This document shows, one piece after another, positions 11,001 to 18,785 of a stretch of DNA of 64,000 nucleotides (position 1 is its first letter; every line of letters begins with the position of its first letter). A program made the position numbers and the translations under genes. The notes under the pieces are model-generated. The model was not told where the DNA came from. It saw nothing but the letters and a program-made list of their open reading frames with translations, and made no database searches. Source of the DNA: Planctomycetota bacterium (GTDB lineage Bacteria; Planctomycetota; UBA1135; UBA2386); the NCBI GenBank assembly GCA_039815565.1, contig JBCBZB010000009.1:21461-85460 (forward strand), read 5' to 3'.

Positions 11001-11487
11001 CCTCCTCGGCGACCCACATCTTGATCCCGCTGGCGATGATCAGCAGTGCAACGCCACCGTGAGTCAGCAGGATGCCCGCACGACGCCAATCCTTGCGCAT
11101 GCGAGCGAACCCGCCAACGAACAGGTTGAGAGTCAAGAGCACCATCAGTGACAGCCCTCCCGGAAGAATGATGTGGATCGGCCCGAACAGGTGCTCCTTG
11201 AACCAGAACGACTCGAAGTAGTGCTTCTGCACCTCGAAGAGCGGCATGCCGCGGCCCTGAGCCTCGGTGCCCACAAAGGTCACGATGCCGAGAAGCAGAA
11301 GCGTGACGATCGCGAGCTGCATCGACGACAGGAACTGCCAGGCGCCTTGGAGCACGGAACGAGCAGTCACGGGACCGAAGTTCGACTCGGACTTCTCGCC
11401 CGAACCTCCGGTCGCAGCGCCCAGATCAGCAGCAACCGATCCGGCAGCGAGCTCGGCCTTCGTAAGATCAGGTTTCCGCTCACTCAT
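8065..11487 (-). CDS. ccsBA: Fused cytochrome c synthase CcsB(ResB)-CcsA(ResC), System II, 1140 aa
   Basis: ResB-like N-terminus (FLSSMQLAI, THGG, IRMNEPL); WWD domain WAADSWGRFWGWDPKE; candidate heme ligands WLAIH, ILHSR, GLHSY. Confidence 0.9.
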   Translation of the reverse strand: MSERKPDLTKAELAAGSVAADLGAATGGSGEKSESNFGPVTARSVLQGAWQFLSSMQLAIVTLLLLGIVTFVGTEAQGRGMPLFEVQKHYFESFWFKEHLFGPIHIILPGGLSLMVLLTLNLFVGGFARMRKDWRRAGILLTHGGVALLIIASGIKMWVAEEGAVRLVEKERGDVFQSYHYWDLTVQEELSSVEGESQFRQWTVPSTELGSATVENELTLRAPDWPFELRLSRFAENAELLDGRRVGGRLSAPVVDGYLLRPIANDSKEHSRNQPGVYFEMVPDTGEPMTNFLWAVSDPFGDRPSGVALDLSGRKFRLALRKRVWKLPFELGLDDFTVEFHPNSGRPRLFESVVDVYDENGRESAPIRMNEPLHKDEFVIYQESYGALNANPGPDDYYSQFAVSRNPVDTLPWWSCGVIALGMLWHFGAMLRRYLLKMSVDDRSKFSRGFLRTILRAGGAVLLGLGLSMPANGQELPREGSDLPRVEPLPIAVRTWDYGEEFLETARRWPLQFGGRVMPLDTFARTFLMRINNRTTHELQEGAEGEALFGRLAGTKLSASEWLLDFMFFPEQAEDYRCIEVTDRDVFVLFGIQEIERRKRDRHSLREFKPFFRKMFSEVQRMADIPEDSRSRLQKQGLTLWQDLVALYSLRSVFEPLRNPVPLVSQDDGSGQLTASESFDRLIYLLEIQEAAGAPIDQQTSGAIRQVLKDGAGQDATWFWIPPSRTEQEAWYHLPDLVKAVGEPGVDRLQEVELVRSVALVVAAAPQGQVEFETAALAFVRGAQEGAEKRGEFGKISQEVSFTDRDWFFRALVTFLIGFHVVLLSWAMPRSKWIGRIAGAIVTLGAVLVVGGVTERCLLRERPPISTLYETILFITGTAVVICLVSEWIQRNRVSLTVGALLGAAGMFAARRFEVFSAEDTMPQLQAVLDSNFWLAIHVTTINLGYMAMLVAGVLGHAYLFTKIFGGVRRLRGGEDVRYSRYRDIGRVMYGALALGVITSTVGTILGGVWAADSWGRFWGWDPKENGALLIVICGLVILHSRIAGLVRDFGIAVLTSLSNIVVLYSWFGVNLMGVGLHSYGFQAGLKQVIETGYYFELFVALGGGLAAFLLHNAADNRTRGESKEGAADQAGGEEGLATE

Positions 11488-11490
11488 CGC

Positions 11491-12477
11491 TCAGTTGCCC
11501 TCCCATTCGAAACTCGAGACCCACTGATCGAAGGCGGCCTTTTGCGCCTCTACGTCGGAGATCGAACCAGTCATCTTCAGAGTCGCACAGGTTTCGCCGT
11601 CGAAGCAGTAGATCGCATCCATCGCAGAGCGCGGTCCCCGTGCACGGACCAGCGTCGCCGCGACTCCGTCGAGTTCGATCGGCTCGATCCTGCTACGGCC
11701 GTCGTCACGAGCCGCACCGACCTGGCCAAGCCATCGGTCGATGTTGGCTTCGAGCCCGCCGAGATCCGAGCCCTCGATCAACACCCAGGCGTCGCAGCCA
11801 CCGACTCGGTACTTCGCGAGCAATCGCTGGCCAGGTCGCTGTAGCTCGAAGGCCTCTGGCGGCAGCCAGGACGTGCCGAGTCCGCCATGGGCAAGAACAA
11901 TCGAATCGACCCACTCGTCGAAGTCACCGAGGATCGGATCGAGCTCGTCACTGGTGCCCATCACGCGCACGAAGACCGCCAGCCCCGACAGGAAGACCAT
12001 GCGCCCTTCCAGCCGGCGTCCCTCGTGCTCGAGGCGGACGAGGTAGGCGTTCCCTCCGAGCCAGGGCACCCGCGGTAGCGAGTCCAGCGCCGGCATCTCG
12101 GGCATACCCAGCTGCGTGATCGACCAACGACGAAGGTTCGGGACCGGGCCTCCGCCGGTGCCCTCGATCTGCGTGATCCAGGCCCGAACTCCGTTGGGCG
12201 CCTCGATCTGGTCATCGCGCAGACGCTCGGCCGGCAACCGCGTCCAACCGTCGGGAAGGCTGCTGCGGAACGCTCCGAACGGGATGGTCGGCTTCGCAAG
12301 ACCGAACCGGTCTTCCATCGTCTCCGCAGTCCGGATCTCGAGAGTGGCTGCGACAACTTCGGATTCGCTCACCTCGATTGAGTCTCGGCCGCAACTGACG
12401 AGAAGCGACGGCAGGACGAGAAGTGGGCACAGGGACCGGGCGAGTCCTGAGACTCGGTCGTGGAAACGCGTTCGCAT
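11491..12477 (-). CDS. Hypothetical lipoprotein with duplicated domain, co-oriented with ccsBA
   Basis: Lipobox-like LLVSC; repeated motif GGGPVPNLRRW..QLG / GGLEANIDRWLGQVG; 3 nt upstream of ccsBA. Confidence 0.75.
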   Translation of the reverse strand: MRTRFHDRVSGLARSLCPLLVLPSLLVSCGRDSIEVSESEVVAATLEIRTAETMEDRFGLAKPTIPFGAFRSSLPDGWTRLPAERLRDDQIEAPNGVRAWITQIEGTGGGPVPNLRRWSITQLGMPEMPALDSLPRVPWLGGNAYLVRLEHEGRRLEGRMVFLSGLAVFVRVMGTSDELDPILGDFDEWVDSIVLAHGGLGTSWLPPEAFELQRPGQRLLAKYRVGGCDAWVLIEGSDLGGLEANIDRWLGQVGAARDDGRSRIEPIELDGVAATLVRARGPRSAMDAIYCFDGETCATLKMTGSISDVEAQKAAFDQWVSSFEWEGN

Positions 12478-12591
12478 CGGCTCGGTTGGGAACCCACCCT
12501 TCTAGGCCGAATTCCGTCGTGGGTTCGGGTGGATCCAACCCGGAGGATACCCTCCACGAACCCCCTGGACAGGAACTCCAGGCCCGCTCCC

Positions 12592-13224
12592 TTGAACTGG
12601 CTCGCACACCTCCGACTGGCTCGACAGACGCCCCTGGACCGCCTCGGTCAGCTCTCAGGGGACTTCGTCCGGGGTCCACTGACCGACGACCTACACCCGC
12701 TCATCCGACGCGGCGTGAGGGAACATCGGTCTCTCGACGTGTGGGTTGATGACCACCCGCTGATGCGGGAGCTGCGACAGGAGATCCCCCGGGAATTCCG
12801 CCGCTTCGCCGGCATCCTGCTCGACCTGACCACCGACCACGTGCTCGCGAGAGACTGGCAGTCCCTGGCCCCTGGCCCTGGACTGGAACCCTTCGCTCGC
12901 CAGGTCGCGGAGGACGTGCAGGAGCACCTCGACCTTTGCCCCGAGCGACTGGCTGCGATCGGGCGACGCCGAGACATCGGCTCACTGCTGCTGTCCTACG
13001 AAGCGATCGAGGGGCTCGAACTCGCGATCGATCGGATCGGCCGAAGGTTCCGACGACCGATCGACCTCACACCTTCGATGGCGTGGATCGTCGATCACGA
13101 AGCCCGCCTCACCGAGGTGACTCGAGTCCTTGTGCGCGACGCGGAACGGTTCCTAGCCAACCGCCGAAGTCAGGAAGACGAGGAAGGTCGCGTCGAATCC
13201 GCCGCGATCGAAACCGGGGACTGA
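12592..13224 (+). CDS. acpH: Acyl carrier protein phosphodiesterase (AcpH/DUF479)
   Basis: TTG start gives MNWLAHLRLA; GDFVRG, GVREHRSLD, GILLD..DHVLARDW. Confidence 0.85.
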   Translation: MNWLAHLRLARQTPLDRLGQLSGDFVRGPLTDDLHPLIRRGVREHRSLDVWVDDHPLMRELRQEIPREFRRFAGILLDLTTDHVLARDWQSLAPGPGLEPFARQVAEDVQEHLDLCPERLAAIGRRRDIGSLLLSYEAIEGLELAIDRIGRRFRRPIDLTPSMAWIVDHEARLTEVTRVLVRDAERFLANRRSQEDEEGRVESAAIETGD

Positions 13225-13271
13225 GGAGCGGCGCCGGGGGCCGGCTCGAGAACATCCGGTCGGAGCAGACA

Positions 13272-13312
13272 TAAAAAAAGCGAGGCCGCCAGCTGATGCC
13301 AGCGACCTCGCG
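13272..13312 (-). terminator. Rho-independent terminator downstream of tRNA-Glu
   Basis: Minus strand GCGAGGTCGCTGGC-ATCA-GCTGGCGGCCTCGC-TTTTTTT (stem with G-U pairs plus U tract). Confidence 0.85.
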
Positions 13313-13316
13313 TCTG

Positions 13317-13391
13317 TATCCCGTAGGGGATTCGAACCCCTGTTGCCAGGATGAAAACCTGGAGTCCTAGGCCTGACTAGACGAACGGGAC
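13317..13391 (-). tRNA. tRNA-Glu(TTC), CCA not encoded
   Basis: Acceptor stem GTCCCGT/ACGGGAT; anticodon arm CCAGG-TTTTCAT-CCTGG; T-arm AGGGG-TTCGAAT-CCCCT. Confidence 0.97.
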
Positions 13392-13408
13392 GTTCGTGTG
13401 GGCCGAAG

Positions 13409-13436
13409 AGATTAGCGACCGTCACACCCGCGTCAA
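13409..13436 (-). promoter_or_regulatory. Sigma70-type promoter of tRNA-Glu
   Basis: TTGACG-N16-TAATCT on the minus strand, 17 nt upstream of the tRNA. Confidence 0.7.
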
Positions 13437-13494
13437 GGCTTCTGCGACGGCTGAGCGCAAAAACTCAGCCCTGAGCAGACCCCTTCTCGGGCGG

Positions 13495-14514
13495 TCAGTT
13501 GGCAGCCCGGAACTCATCCAGGCTCGGCAGCTCTTTGAGCGACTGCAGTCCGAACCGCTCCAGGAAGAGCTCCGTGGTTCCGTACTGCAGCGGCCGGCCC
13601 GGCACGTCCGCACGCCCAACGACCTTGCAGAGGCGATGATCCAGCAAGGACTTGAGCATCGGCCCGACCTTCACACCTCGGATCGCTTCGATCTCGGCAC
13701 GGATGACAGGCTGCTTGTAGGCAACGACCGCGAGGGTCTCCAACGCCGCCGGCGAGAGCCGTTCGACACGCTTCTGCCGCTTCAGACGACGCACGTAGGG
13801 GTGCAACGCCGAGGTGGTCATCACACGCACGCGATCACCCGCACGGACGACCTCGAGGGGGATTCCGGCCTCACGGAGCTGCGACTCGAGAGCCTCGAGG
13901 GCCTGATCCACGAGCTTGGTTGTGCTGTTCGCGACTTCGGCCAGGCGCATGCGCGTGACCGGCTCACGGGATACCAACAAGACGCCCATGAGGACGCGGC
14001 CGAGCTCGACCGGATCCTTGAGCTTCGGAACTTCGAGCTCTTCGTCGTCCGGGTCGGCCGGTTCTGGTTCGGACGACGAGGCGTCAGCCTCGGGAACCAG
14101 CTCGTCAGCGTCGATGGACTCGTCCGGTTGGAGTTCGGTGGGGAGATCTGGGGTCCCATCCTCTTCACTCTCGAGCCCGGTCGCAGCCTCGAGCTCGGGT
14201 TCCCCGGCAGAATCCGTCCGACGACGCTCGGCCTTCTCGACCAGGTCGTCGACGACGCCAGACTCGTCTGAGAGCTCCGCCTCGTCGGTCTCGGACTCTG
14301 GGAGCCGGGAATCCGGAATCTGGGAATCCGGATCCTCCCCGAGCCCACGGTCGTCGTCGGTTGCGGCTCGCAACTCGTCACGAGTAGCCGGATCGTCGTT
14401 GGGGGTTTCGTCCACCGAGAGTGCTTCGAGGTGGACCACTTCAACAGGTCCACGCATCCCGGGCTGACCGGACCGTCGCCCCCCCGGCAACGGCTCCCGC
14501 GAGATGTCATCCAT
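13495..14514 (-). CDS. scpB: SMC-Scp complex subunit ScpB with long acidic N-terminal extension
   Basis: LSPAALETLAVVAYKQPVIRAEIEAIRGV, GRPLQYGTT..FLERFGLQSLKELP. Confidence 0.93.
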   Translation of the reverse strand: MDDISREPLPGGRRSGQPGMRGPVEVVHLEALSVDETPNDDPATRDELRAATDDDRGLGEDPDSQIPDSRLPESETDEAELSDESGVVDDLVEKAERRRTDSAGEPELEAATGLESEEDGTPDLPTELQPDESIDADELVPEADASSSEPEPADPDDEELEVPKLKDPVELGRVLMGVLLVSREPVTRMRLAEVANSTTKLVDQALEALESQLREAGIPLEVVRAGDRVRVMTTSALHPYVRRLKRQKRVERLSPAALETLAVVAYKQPVIRAEIEAIRGVKVGPMLKSLLDHRLCKVVGRADVPGRPLQYGTTELFLERFGLQSLKELPSLDEFRAAN

Positions 14515-14525
14515 GGCCTGGCAGT

Positions 14526-15548
14526 CTAGCGGCCGTCGGAGGCGCCGGGAAGCGAGGTTTCATATCCACCGTAACGGAGGGCGAACGCCCGCTGCTCGAA
14601 CTCCTCGATCGGGCGGCGCTCCAGGTCTTCCCACAGCTCTTCGGCCAGCTCGCCGAACTCCTCGGAACGGGCTTCTCCACGCTCCAGGCAAAGAAGGAGG
14701 CCGAATCGCCCACCGCTCAGTTCGAGTACCTCACTGAGATCACCTGGCTGCATGCGGATCCCCCGTTCGGCGACCGGATGCCTGAATTCGGGACCGAAGG
14801 GGCCAAGCCGTGGCGCCTCGATACCGCCGTGCTCCCGACGCAGTCGATCCGCGATGGCCTGGAGCGAGGCGCCTTTCGAGACGCTCTCGCGCGCTTCCTC
14901 GATCAAGGTCCGGTCCGAGGAAAACAGACAGCGGAGCGTGACCCGCGGTGACCTCCAGCTGATCAGACGCACCGTCCCATCACGGAGTTGTTGCCGCGCG
15001 ACATCGCGCCGAACCGCCGCCCGGTAACCCTCGACCGACAAGCCGAATCGACTGGCGAGTGACTGCTCGAACTCGTCGTCGGCGATCGTGAACTGCTCGG
15101 TCTCGATCGCGAGCTGGGTGCGGAGGCGCTCTTCGATCTCCGAGACCGAACGATCGACTCGCCCTCGGTCCAGCCGAACCCCCTGATCTTGAGCCAGAGC
15201 GGCGATCGCTTGATCGAGGAGCACCGAGTCGACCCAGGACGCGGCCTGCAACAGATCGGACTCGAGCATCCGATCGAAGACCTGCGATCGGTAGATCGTC
15301 TGCCCTTCGACCTCGCCAACCGGCAAGTCCTCGCGCGGACCAACTCGGAGAAGCTCGGGACCCAACGGTTCCTGCTCGTCACCCAGAGGGCGACGGAGGA
15401 CCAGGCGATCGATCGCCACCGGCTCGGGCCGCAGATCGACGATCGGCCTGGGCTCCAACGAATCGCCGGAGCCCGAGTGGCCACCGCCGACCGAACAACC
15501 GGTCAAGGTCGCCGCCAAGACGCACAGCGCGAGCGCGCGACGCGTCAT
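14526..15548 (-). CDS. SurA/PrsA-like parvulin-type chaperone lipoprotein
   Basis: Lipobox LTGC after ATG 15548; helical SurA-N-like region; degenerate parvulin GASLQAIA...LG...MQPGDLSEVL..GRFGLL. Confidence 0.65.
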   Translation of the reverse strand: MTRRALALCVLAATLTGCSVGGGHSGSGDSLEPRPIVDLRPEPVAIDRLVLRRPLGDEQEPLGPELLRVGPREDLPVGEVEGQTIYRSQVFDRMLESDLLQAASWVDSVLLDQAIAALAQDQGVRLDRGRVDRSVSEIEERLRTQLAIETEQFTIADDEFEQSLASRFGLSVEGYRAAVRRDVARQQLRDGTVRLISWRSPRVTLRCLFSSDRTLIEEARESVSKGASLQAIADRLRREHGGIEAPRLGPFGPEFRHPVAERGIRMQPGDLSEVLELSGGRFGLLLCLERGEARSEEFGELAEELWEDLERRPIEEFEQRAFALRYGGYETSLPGASDGR

Positions 15549-15552
15549 CGGT

Positions 15553-17109
15553 TCACCGGACGCGAATCGCACGCAGGAACTTCGTGCCATGACAGGTCGG
15601 ACACGGCAGCTGCTGCAAGCCACCATCGCCCGATGAGGAAACGCTCGTGATGAAACCACGGGCCGCACAGGTCGGACACGGGACCGCGACCGCGCGGCGG
15701 ATCTCGAGCTGCCCGCTGAACTCCGCGAAGTAGGCCTGAAGCCAAGACTGACGCTCGTTGCGATCCGAGGACTTCCACCAGTCCTCCGGAGACTCGTCTT
15801 CGTCTTCGGTGCTCCGAGCGCTCGCGCGACGCCCGCGCCGCTCGATCTCACGCAGCTGACGAACGAATCGTTCGAGCTCAGGGTCGGCCTCCTCATCGTT
15901 GGTCGCTCCACCACCGGCTCGATCGGTCCCGGCAATCACGGCATCCTCGCCGAGCACCCAAGATCCGAAGTCGTAGCCGAAGAACTTCGAGAACGGACGA
16001 CGGCCGAACTCCGAACGCCGGGACCAGAGCTCCGCGACGGCGTCTGCGTCGAGTTCCACCCCCTTGTTGCGGCGCATCAGTCGCTCGGAGATCCGCGTGA
16101 AGACGTCGGTCGCCATTTGCTCCGACGCGTAGTCACGAGCACGCTCGAGCGTGATCTCGTCATCGCCGGCGACCGCGTAAGCAACTTCGCTGAGCGTCGT
16201 CGAGAACAGCGAGCGAACGTCGCCGCCGAGCTCGATCGTCTGAGCCTCTTCGAGCCGCAGCTTCTCCTTCTCGAACTCCGCGCGAAGGTCACTCGTCGGG
16301 AACTGCTCCTCGAACTGAGCGACCAGCTCGAAGGCCTGCGAGAAGCGCTTCCGGAACCGCTGACGACGGATGTCGGCCAGCAGATCACGCTCCTCTTTCG
16401 ACTCGATCAGCGTGTCGATGCGGGCCAGGTAGGTCGAAAGCTGTGCAGAGAACGCACCACCACCGAGTTCCTCGGCCTTCTCGTAGTGGGTCTTCGCCTG
16501 CTCGTAGAGACCGGCCCGACGGAGATTTTCCGCAAGCCGAACGTTCGCGTCGGCGTCTTCGCCCGGAGCGAAGCTCGCGAGCTCGAGCGCGTACCACTCG
16601 TCCTCGGTATAGATCTCATCCCAGCGAACTTGGATCGTCTCGTCGCTCTCGAAGCGCGCGCGCGGGACATCGGTGATCGCTCCCTTGCGCTGCACCCGGA
16701 GCGCGGTGTCCGTGCGCTCCACGATGATGCCGATGACCTCGTCGACCGAGCCTCCGGCCGCACGGAATCGGACGGCACTCGCCGCGACCGTCACTTCCGA
16801 CTCGTCACCGGTATCGATCCCGAACCGGCGACGGATGTTTTCCGCGTGCAGCTTCGAGAGATCGGTCCAGGTCAGCTCGAGCACACCGCCGTCGTCGAGT
16901 CGGCGGAGCGTCAGCCCTTCCGAGTCGGCATCGACGACCTCCGCAAGGACGACTCGTCCACTCGCCATCTGCACGACCTGCGAAGTCGCGGTCGAGACGA
17001 AGAGCATCGCCGAAGCGACTAGGACCAAGAACCCGCGGACCGCGAGAGATGTTCGGGCGCTCGCGCCACCAGGGCGGACGTTCATCGCTTGTTCGTGCAT
17101 CGTGTTCAT
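15553..17109 (-). CDS. Exported hypothetical protein with TPR-like helices and C-terminal CxxC..CxxC zinc finger
   Basis: Signal peptide; LAENLRRAGLYEQAKTHYEKA TPR-like segment; CPTCAARG...CPTCHGTK; start uncertain. Confidence 0.7.
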   Translation of the reverse strand: MNTMHEQAMNVRPGGASARTSLAVRGFLVLVASAMLFVSTATSQVVQMASGRVVLAEVVDADSEGLTLRRLDDGGVLELTWTDLSKLHAENIRRRFGIDTGDESEVTVAASAVRFRAAGGSVDEVIGIIVERTDTALRVQRKGAITDVPRARFESDETIQVRWDEIYTEDEWYALELASFAPGEDADANVRLAENLRRAGLYEQAKTHYEKAEELGGGAFSAQLSTYLARIDTLIESKEERDLLADIRRQRFRKRFSQAFELVAQFEEQFPTSDLRAEFEKEKLRLEEAQTIELGGDVRSLFSTTLSEVAYAVAGDDEITLERARDYASEQMATDVFTRISERLMRRNKGVELDADAVAELWSRRSEFGRRPFSKFFGYDFGSWVLGEDAVIAGTDRAGGGATNDEEADPELERFVRQLREIERRGRRASARSTEDEDESPEDWWKSSDRNERQSWLQAYFAEFSGQLEIRRAVAVPCPTCAARGFITSVSSSGDGGLQQLPCPTCHGTKFLRAIRVR

Positions 17110-17131
17110 GTCACTCGTTGGCTCTGGGTCC

Positions 17132-17611
17132 TCAGAAGTTCTCGGTGCGACGTCGGACCCGCTCGCGGAGCGGAACATCGCGGGCGAGCAGACGACGGAT
17201 TCGAATCCCGCTCTCCTCGCCATCGGCAAGCCAGCCGATTCTCAGAGTCGCGGCGACCAGGGTCGGCAGCTCCTCAGACACCTCGAATCGAACGGAATAA
17301 CTCAGGTCGAGGTCATCGTCGACCGGGGTCACCGGAATGGCCGGGATCGCGAGGTCTTCCTCGACCTCCCAGTCAAACGGCAATGGGTGCTCCGAAAGGT
17401 GCTCCTCCGCGACTCGGCGGAACAACTCCTCGTGCAGGAACGTGCTCCGAGCGCGCAGTTCGGTTTCTCGCCGGGTATTCGAGCCCACACCGAGGACGCC
17501 AATCAACGTCGTGGCCCCTACGACGAAGATCCCCATGGCGACCAGGATCTCGAGCAGGGTGAAGCCGGCCTCCTGCGAAGCGCCGGTCTCGAGGCGTCGG
17601 ATCTCAGACAT
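17132..17611 (-). CDS. Prepilin-type protein (GspI/PilV-like minor pilin)
   Basis: Class III signal AG|FTLLEILVAMGIF. Confidence 0.85.
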   Translation of the reverse strand: MSEIRRLETGASQEAGFTLLEILVAMGIFVVGATTLIGVLGVGSNTRRETELRARSTFLHEELFRRVAEEHLSEHPLPFDWEVEEDLAIPAIPVTPVDDDLDLSYSVRFEVSEELPTLVAATLRIGWLADGEESGIRIRRLLARDVPLRERVRRRTENF

Positions 17612-18785
17612 CGCCTTCCCTCCCGTGCAGCAGGGGAATCGTCAACTGGACCTCGCGACCGATCCGAACGTCCGTGCCGGAGGAATGCTCCGCAGCCCGA
17701 GTCCCACGGCCGGCGCGACGCACGCGCAGGTTCGAGCCGAGGATCGAATCGATCTGCATCCACTCGGAACCGACCTTGATCCACTCGACCTCCTCGAGTT
17801 CTTCCGGAGCCACAACCCGGATCTCGAGACTGGTCCGATCGACGCCGCCCGAAAGGAAGGTCTTGGCTGCGATCTCCGGACCACGCGAGACCACGATCGT
17901 CAGCCGCAGATAGTGCGGGTAGAGGTCGTCCCGAGGATCGAGCAGACTCTCGTCCGATCGGTCGTAGCCGAAGGCCTGGGACTGATCCTCGGGAAGAGTC
18001 AGCGCGCGTGCGGAATCCCAGACTCGTCGTGGGCCGGACTCACCCGGCGAAGACCAACGACGCGTGTTCTGCGACCAGCACTCGATCCCGAAGTAGAGCA
18101 GCGACTGAGAGATCTTGCGCGCGCCCTGCGTCTCGACACGCTGGTTGAACTCCAGGTCCTCGGGCAGCGCGAGTTCGACGAGGAACAGCTCATCATCGAG
18201 ACGACTCTCCTCGATCGTCAATCGGCGCTTCAGGTAGAGGTCGAGGAACACTCCGTCCTTGTCGCTCGGCCACGAGAACAGCATGAGCTCCCCCCGTCCG
18301 GTCGCTGCGAGAGGCACCTCGAACTCCTCCGCGTCGTCGGTCGTCAGGCCTTCGTCGTCTTCGTACCCAAGTGCTCGACGCAGCTCCTGCAGCAGTCGCG
18401 CTTCGAGCCCGCGCTCCAGGCGGGCGGTCGAACGGAGAACCTGAACGGTGACCGGAACCGAATCATCGATTCCGAGAGCCCCCTGCTCCGGGACTGCCCC
18501 GCCGGTGACCTCGTAGAGAAGGAAGCGAGCGTCCGGGTAGGCCTCTCCGGCATCGGAGGACGCCCGTGGACCCTCGAGCTGCTGGACGAGGTCCCGCGCC
18601 AGACTCGCAGCGGCGAGCGAGCGGTCAGACAGATCCCGCCCCTCTTCGCCGCGCTGGTAGATCGAGCCACCAGACGCCAGGAGCTGAACCAGCAAGCCGA
18701 GAAGGCCCGCGAGAAGCCCCATCACGACGACGAGTTCGAGCAGCGTGAAGCCGCCGTCCGAATGTTCACTCGGCCGGCTCTTCAT
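17604..18785 (-). CDS. Prepilin-type protein (GspJ/PilW-like minor pilin)
   Basis: GG|FTLLELVVVMGLL; C-terminal module WIKVGSEWMQI...RGTRAAEHSSGTDV. Confidence 0.85.
   Translation of the reverse strand: MKSRPSEHSDGGFTLLELVVVMGLLAGLLGLLVQLLASGGSIYQRGEEGRDLSDRSLAAASLARDLVQQLEGPRASSDAGEAYPDARFLLYEVTGGAVPEQGALGIDDSVPVTVQVLRSTARLERGLEARLLQELRRALGYEDDEGLTTDDAEEFEVPLAATGRGELMLFSWPSDKDGVFLDLYLKRRLTIEESRLDDELFLVELALPEDLEFNQRVETQGARKISQSLLYFGIECWSQNTRRWSSPGESGPRRVWDSARALTLPEDQSQAFGYDRSDESLLDPRDDLYPHYLRLTIVVSRGPEIAAKTFLSGGVDRTSLEIRVVAPEELEEVEWIKVGSEWMQIDSILGSNLRVRRAGRGTRAAEHSSGTDVRIGREVQLTIPLLHGREGDV

Noticed and set aside
13317-13391. tRNA-Glu as an integration site for a genomic island
   Set aside because: No integrase and no duplicated tRNA 3' end seen; flanks are housekeeping genes
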